In this document: positions 31,676-36,497 of the stretch, piece after piece | Position numbering within the stretch: position 1 is the first letter of the stretch | Layout of the letters: the number at the start of each line of letters is the position of its first letter | Origin: Pseudoxanthomonas sp. | Lineage (GTDB): Bacteria > Pseudomonadota > Gammaproteobacteria > Xanthomonadales > Xanthomonadaceae | Direction: 5' to 3' | DNA: 36,497 nucleotides | Assembly (NCBI GenBank): GCA_035687185.1 | Contig: DASRYN010000151.1 | Coordinates: forward strand, 1-36,497 | The notes under the pieces: generated by a model | Told to the model about the DNA's origin: nothing | What the model saw: only the letters and a program-made list of their open reading frames with translations | Database searches by the model: none | Made by a program: the position numbers and the translations under genes

Positions 31676-33685
31676 TCAGCGCCAGACGCGGATCTGCTCG
31701 GCCTCGGCGCGCTGCATCGGCTGGCCGGCCTTGCAGCCGTACGCGGCGCCGAAGGCCGGGTGGTTGGCCAGCGGCACGTTGCTGCGCAAGGCGCCGGGCG
31801 CGTGGATGTCGGCGGTGAGGCGCTCGGCGGCGGTGTTGGCGGCCACCTGCTGCGCCCACAGCCGCGACCAGGCGCGGAAGAAGGCCTGCTGTTCGGCCGG
31901 CTTGGCGCCGGGCCGCGCGGCCGTCCAAGCGTTCCAGGCCAGTTCCAGGCCGGCCAGGTCGGCCAGGCCCTCGTCCTTGACCAGGTCGCCGTTGACCTTG
32001 GCGCCCTTCACGCCGGGGTAGTCGTGGGTGGCGTACTGCGCGGCCACCCGCGTGCCGAACTGGGTCCAGGCGCTCTTGTCGGCCGGCGTCCACCAGCTGC
32101 GCAGCTCGCCCCGGGCGTCGACCAGCGCGCCCTTGGCGTCCACCGCGCGGGTCAGCTGGTTGCCCACCAGCGCGCCGAGCGCGCCGTAGACCATGGCCGG
32201 GTCGTTGGGGTCGAACACCGGCGGCTGCAGCACGGCGGCGGTGGCGATCAGGCGGTTCTGGGCGATGTCGTAGGCCAGCGCGGGCTGCTGCGGCAGCACG
32301 TCCCAGCGCCGGTCGGCGTTGCCCTTGCCGATGCGCTTCATTTCCTCGCGGTGGCGCCAGGTCGAGGCGATGAGCATGTTGCCGCCGAAGCTGCCGCGGC
32401 CCATGGGCTGCACGGTGTAGTCCAGGTCGCGGCGCGGGGTGCCGACCTCGATCTTCAGGGCCTGCAGCTTGGCGCGCGCCTCGGCCTTGGCTTCCGGGCT
32501 CAGCCAGGCGGCACGCTCCACCGCGGCCAGCTGCGCCTCGCGGATCTCGTCGATGGTGGCGGCGGCCTGGCGGCGCGCGGCGGGGGTCAGGTAGCGCTCG
32601 GCGTACTCGCGGCCGAGCATGGGGCCGGCGGCGGTGTTGATCGCCTCCAGCACCTGCTGCCAGCGCGGCGGCGGCGCGGCCTGGCCGGCCAGGACCTGGC
32701 CGCGGAAGGCGAAGCTGGCGTCGCGGAAGCTCCTGGACAGGTACGGCGCCATGGCATCGCCCACCCGCCAGCGCAGGTAGGCCTTCCACTGTTCGGGCTT
32801 GACGCGCTGGACCATGGCGTCCAGTTCGGCGAACAGGGCCGGGTCCGGCAGCGAGACCAGGTCGTCCTTGACGCCCTGGGCTTCGAGGAAGGCGCCCAGC
32901 TGCAGGTTGCGGTAGCGCTTGGTGACGTCGGCCACCGGCACCGGCACGTAGGTGCGGAAGGGGTTGCTGAGGTCGGCCACCGATTGCGCCTTGCGCGCGA
33001 TGGCGGTCTCCAGCTCGACGACCGCGCGCGCATCGGCGTCCAGGCGCGCCTGCGGGGTGCCGGTCAGCGCCAGGATCTGCTTGACGTAGTCGTGGTAGCG
33101 GCCGAGCAGGGCCTGGCTGTCGGCGTCGTTGCGGGTGTAGAAGGCCGGGTCGGGCAGGCCCATGCCGCCCTGCATGAAGTAGCCGATGTGGCGGTCCAGC
33201 GCCTTCAGGTCCACGTCCGGGGCGAAGTTGAAGGCCACCGGGATGCCGACCTGGTGCAGCGCGGCGATCGCGGCCGGGACGTCCCTGGCGCGCTTGATGG
33301 CGTCGATGCGCGCCAGCAGCGGCGCGATCGGCCTGGAACCGTCGGCCTCGACCGCGGCCTCGTCCAGGCCGCTGGCCCAGAAATCGCCCAGCCGCTTCTG
33401 CACCTCGTTCTGCGGGGCGCGCATGGCCGCGTCCAGCAGCTCGCGCTGCTGCTGCAGGGCGCGCCCGGCCAGCTGGCCCAGCGCGCTGGTGGCGCCGGCC
33501 TCGGCCGGCGCCGGGTTGGCCTTGAGCCAGTCGGCGTTGGCCAGGGCATAGAAGTCGGTGCACTGCGCCGGCACCGCGGGCGCGCGGCTGGCGCGCTTGC
33601 GCTGGGCTTCGGCGCCGGGGGCGGTTGCCAGGGCGGCCAGGCCGAGGGCGAGGGCGAGCACGAGCGGACGGGGATGGGTCGTCAT
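31676..33685 (-). CDS. Secreted M13 peptidase homolog lacking HExxH (probable pseudoenzyme)
   Basis: Signal peptide; CTDFYALAN, QGGMGLPD, LQPPVFD, HAP; GNQLTRAVD where the paralog has GHEMTHGYD. Confidence 0.88.
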   Translation of the reverse strand: MTTHPRPLVLALALGLAALATAPGAEAQRKRASRAPAVPAQCTDFYALANADWLKANPAPAEAGATSALGQLAGRALQQQRELLDAAMRAPQNEVQKRLGDFWASGLDEAAVEADGSRPIAPLLARIDAIKRARDVPAAIAALHQVGIPVAFNFAPDVDLKALDRHIGYFMQGGMGLPDPAFYTRNDADSQALLGRYHDYVKQILALTGTPQARLDADARAVVELETAIARKAQSVADLSNPFRTYVPVPVADVTKRYRNLQLGAFLEAQGVKDDLVSLPDPALFAELDAMVQRVKPEQWKAYLRWRVGDAMAPYLSRSFRDASFAFRGQVLAGQAAPPPRWQQVLEAINTAAGPMLGREYAERYLTPAARRQAAATIDEIREAQLAAVERAAWLSPEAKAEARAKLQALKIEVGTPRRDLDYTVQPMGRGSFGGNMLIASTWRHREEMKRIGKGNADRRWDVLPQQPALAYDIAQNRLIATAAVLQPPVFDPNDPAMVYGALGALVGNQLTRAVDAKGALVDARGELRSWWTPADKSAWTQFGTRVAAQYATHDYPGVKGAKVNGDLVKDEGLADLAGLELAWNAWTAARPGAKPAEQQAFFRAWSRLWAQQVAANTAAERLTADIHAPGALRSNVPLANHPAFGAAYGCKAGQPMQRAEAEQIRVWR

Positions 33686-33792
33686 CGGGGGAACGGGCGA
33701 CGTCGGAAAGGTCGCGCGAGTGTAGCAAGGCGCCCGGCGGCGTCCGTGCAGGACCGCGCCGGAAACGTGACGGCCGCCGGCGCACGGCGCGG

Positions 33793-33825
33793 AAAAAAGC
33801 GAGGCCCGGACGTGCCGGGCCTCGC
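33793..33825 (-). terminator. Intrinsic terminator between the two M13 genes
   Basis: gcgaggcccgg/ccgggcctcgc stem plus T6 on the minus strand. Confidence 0.85.
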
Positions 33826-33849
33826 GTGGGACGCGGCAGGCGCGGGCGC

Positions 33850-35952
33850 TTACCAGATCACGACCTGGGCGTCGCCCTGGCGGACCATCGGCTTGCCGGG
33901 CTCGCACTTGAACGCGGCGGCGAAGGCCGGCAGGTTCGAGGGCGCGCCGATGGCGCGGAACTGCGCCGGGGCGTGCTCGTCGGTGGCGATGCGGTTCTTC
34001 AGCTCTTCCGGGGTGAAGTTGCGGCGCCACACCGTGGCCCAGTTGAGGAAGAAGCGCTGGTCGCGGGTCAGGCCGTCGGTCATCGGGTCGGGCGTGCCCT
34101 CGGTGGCCTTCCTCATCGCGTCGTAGGCCGTGGCCAGGCCGCCCAGGTCGGCGATGTTCTCGCCCAGGGTGTGGCGGCCGTTGATCTTCTGCCCGTCGGC
34201 GGTGCGGTAGGCGTCGAACTGCGCCACCAGCTTGCCGGTGCGCGCGGCGAAGCCCTCGGCGTCGGCCGGCGTCCACCAGTTCTCGAACTTGCCCGTCGGC
34301 CCGAAGCGGCTGCCCTGGTCGTCGTAGCCGTGGGTCATCTCGTGGCCGATCACCGCGCCGATGCCGCCGTAGTTCATCTCGTCGGTGGCCTGTGGGTCGA
34401 AGAACGGCGGCTGCAGGATGGCGGCCGGGAACACGATCTCGTTCTGCAGCGGGTTGTAGTAGGCGTTGACCGTCTGCGGGCTCATGCCCCATTCGGTGCG
34501 GTCCACCGGCTTGCCGATCTTGGACAGGTTCCAGCGGTAGTTGAACTCCTGCGCCGCCAGCACGTTGCCGATGTAGCTGTCGCGGCCGGTCTCCAGGCCG
34601 GCCCAGTCGCGCCACTTGTCCGGGTAGCCGATCTTGGGCGTGAACGCGCCCTGCTTGGCCAGCGCCTTCTCCTTGGTCTCGGCGCTCATCCACTCCAGGT
34701 TCCGGATGCGCGCCTCGAGGGCGGCGCCCAGGTTGGCCACCAGCGCCTCCATCTTGGCCTTGGACTCCGGCGGGAAGGCGACCTGCACGTACATCTGGCC
34801 CAGCGCCTCGCCGGCCTGCTGGTTGATGGTGTCCAGCACGCGCTTCCAGCGCGGCTTCATCTCCTTCTGGCCGCGCAGGGTCTTGGCGTAGAAGTTGAAG
34901 TTCTCCTCGGCGAAGGCGTCGCCCAGGTACGGCGAGGCGCCGTCGACGGTGTGGAAGCGCAGGTAGGCGCGCCACACGGCCGGGTCGGCGTCGCCCAGGG
35001 CCTTGCTCACTTCCTGGTGGAAGGCCGGGATCGCCAGCGAGAACTTCTCCGGCGCGGCCACGCCCTGCGACTCGAAGAACTTCGTCCACGGGAAGTTCGG
35101 GGTCAGCTTGTCGGCGTCGGCCAGGGTGACCGGGTTGTAGTACAGGGACACGTCGCGGGAGATGTCCTCGCGGGACTTGGAGGCCTTGGCCAGGCGGGTC
35201 TCGAAGGCCATCACCTCGGCGGCCTGCGCCTGGGCGTCGGCCGCCGGCACGCCCGACAGCTCCAGCACCCTGGCGACGTGGCGCACGTAGGCGTCGCGGA
35301 TGTCCTTCTTGTCGGCGTCGAAGTAGTACTTGCTGTCCGGCAGGCCCAGGCCGCCCTGCATGGCGTAGGCGATGTTCATGCCCGGGTCCTGGAAGTCGGC
35401 CTCGGCGCCGAAGCCGAACAGCACGTTCTCGCCGCGGGCCGCGCTGGTGCGCAGGTACTCGGCCACCGCGGCGCCGTCGGCCAGTGCGTCGATCGCGGCC
35501 AGGCGCTCCTTCAGCGGCTCGATGCCCTGGGCGTTGATCTTCGCTTCGTCCATGCCGGTGGCCCACAGGTCGCCGACGATCTTCTTCACGCCGGTGGCGC
35601 CGGCGTCGGCGGCGGCCTGCTGGGCGAGCTGGTGCTGCACGGCGTTGGAGCGCTCGTCCAGCATCTCGAAGGCGCCCCAGCTGGTGCGGTCGCCGGGGAT
35701 GGGGTTGGCGGCCAGCCACTTGCCGTTGGCGTAGCCGGCGAAGTCGGTGCAGGCGTCGACCGAAGTGTCCAGGTCGGCCAGGGCGAAGCGGTTGACCGGC
35801 GGCAGCTTGCTCTCGTCGAGGGTCAGCGCGGCCGGGGCCGCGGCGGGCGCATCGGCGGCGGCCGGGGCCGCCTCGTCCTGCCTGGAGCAGGCGGCCAGCG
35901 CCGCGGCGATGGCCAGCGGCAGCAGCAGGGTCTGGGACTTGCGGGTATTCAC
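33850..35952 (-). CDS. M13 (neprilysin/PepO-like) zinc metallopeptidase lipoprotein
   Basis: GTG 35952 with GGAG SD; lipobox LAA-C; VNAYY, ILQPPFF, GHEMTH, GENIADLGG, HAP. Confidence 0.94.
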   Translation of the reverse strand: MNTRKSQTLLLPLAIAAALAACSRQDEAAPAAADAPAAAPAALTLDESKLPPVNRFALADLDTSVDACTDFAGYANGKWLAANPIPGDRTSWGAFEMLDERSNAVQHQLAQQAAADAGATGVKKIVGDLWATGMDEAKINAQGIEPLKERLAAIDALADGAAVAEYLRTSAARGENVLFGFGAEADFQDPGMNIAYAMQGGLGLPDSKYYFDADKKDIRDAYVRHVARVLELSGVPAADAQAQAAEVMAFETRLAKASKSREDISRDVSLYYNPVTLADADKLTPNFPWTKFFESQGVAAPEKFSLAIPAFHQEVSKALGDADPAVWRAYLRFHTVDGASPYLGDAFAEENFNFYAKTLRGQKEMKPRWKRVLDTINQQAGEALGQMYVQVAFPPESKAKMEALVANLGAALEARIRNLEWMSAETKEKALAKQGAFTPKIGYPDKWRDWAGLETGRDSYIGNVLAAQEFNYRWNLSKIGKPVDRTEWGMSPQTVNAYYNPLQNEIVFPAAILQPPFFDPQATDEMNYGGIGAVIGHEMTHGYDDQGSRFGPTGKFENWWTPADAEGFAARTGKLVAQFDAYRTADGQKINGRHTLGENIADLGGLATAYDAMRKATEGTPDPMTDGLTRDQRFFLNWATVWRRNFTPEELKNRIATDEHAPAQFRAIGAPSNLPAFAAAFKCEPGKPMVRQGDAQVVIW

Positions 35953-36097
35953 GTGTCGGGTTCTCCGGCCCGCGGACGGGCATGGTCGGGCGGCCCCGGG
36001 CGGGGCGGTGGGCCGACTGTACGCCACCGCCCGGAGGGCGGGGACTGCCGGAGGTCATGCGTGCACAATGGAGGCCGGACCCGGCGGAGGGAAGCGC

Positions 36098-36497
36098 ATG
36101 CAGGTCGAATTCCACGGCGCGGCCGGCGAGGTGACCGGCTCCATGCACCTGGTGGAGGCGGCCGGGCGCCGCATCCTGCTGGACTGCGGGCTGATGCAGG
36201 GCCGGCGCGAGCTGGAGGCGCGCAATGCCGACCCCTTCCCGTTCGATCCGGCCGCGCTGGACGGCCTGGTGCTCAGCCACGCCCACATCGACCACGTCGG
36301 CCGCGTGCCGCTGCTGGTGCAGCGCGGCTTCCGCGGCCCGGTGTGGCTGCAGCGGGCCACCGCCGAACTGCTGCCGATCATGCTGCTGGACGCGGCCTCG
36401 CTGGCCGAGGCCGACGCCGATCGCGCCAACCGCCACCGCGGGGCGGGCGAACCGGCGCAGCCGCTCTACACCGCCGAGGACGTGCGCGCGGCGATGG
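36098..36497 (+). CDS. MBL-fold beta-CASP ribonuclease family protein, 5' fragment
   Basis: MQVEFHGAAGEVTGS, LLDCG, LSHAHIDHVGR, PLYT; GGAGG upstream; runs off the window end. Confidence 0.88.
   Translation, partial: MQVEFHGAAGEVTGSMHLVEAAGRRILLDCGLMQGRRELEARNADPFPFDPAALDGLVLSHAHIDHVGRVPLLVQRGFRGPVWLQRATAELLPIMLLDAASLAEADADRANRHRGAGEPAQPLYTAEDVRAAM

Overview
Very GC-rich chromosomal window; gene content and order point to a Xanthomonadaceae/Lysobacteraceae member (Pseudoxanthomonas-like, by inference). Housekeeping blocks are rsmD(3')-coaD-lipoprotein-yfhL-ggt, an MBL hydrolase, a GH9 cellulase, upp, lat/Lrp, queA-tgt-yajC-secD-secF, suhB/trmJ, atl, a rhomboid, two M13 peptidase genes and a partial beta-CASP nuclease. 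Most notable: (1) a phosphorus-scavenging locus with putative Pho boxes, made of an acidic TonB-dependent receptor divergent from a coupled operon of lipoprotein phytase-like enzyme, Tat-like metallophosphoesterase and a signal-peptide-bearing family I pyrophosphatase; (2) an orphan PhnD-like binding protein coupled to a HAMP-GGDEF-EAL protein (NspS/MbaA-like architecture); (3) an MgtL-like leader ORF (MDDDPTPP...) with a CCC-CCC-U site whose +1 frame runs open into a CNNM/CBS/CorC transporter; (4) an M13 paralog lacking HExxH next to an intact one; (5) a GTAG-type REP cluster. No rRNA, tRNA, CRISPR array, transposase or prophage was seen. All calls come from reading motifs by eye; no database searches were run.
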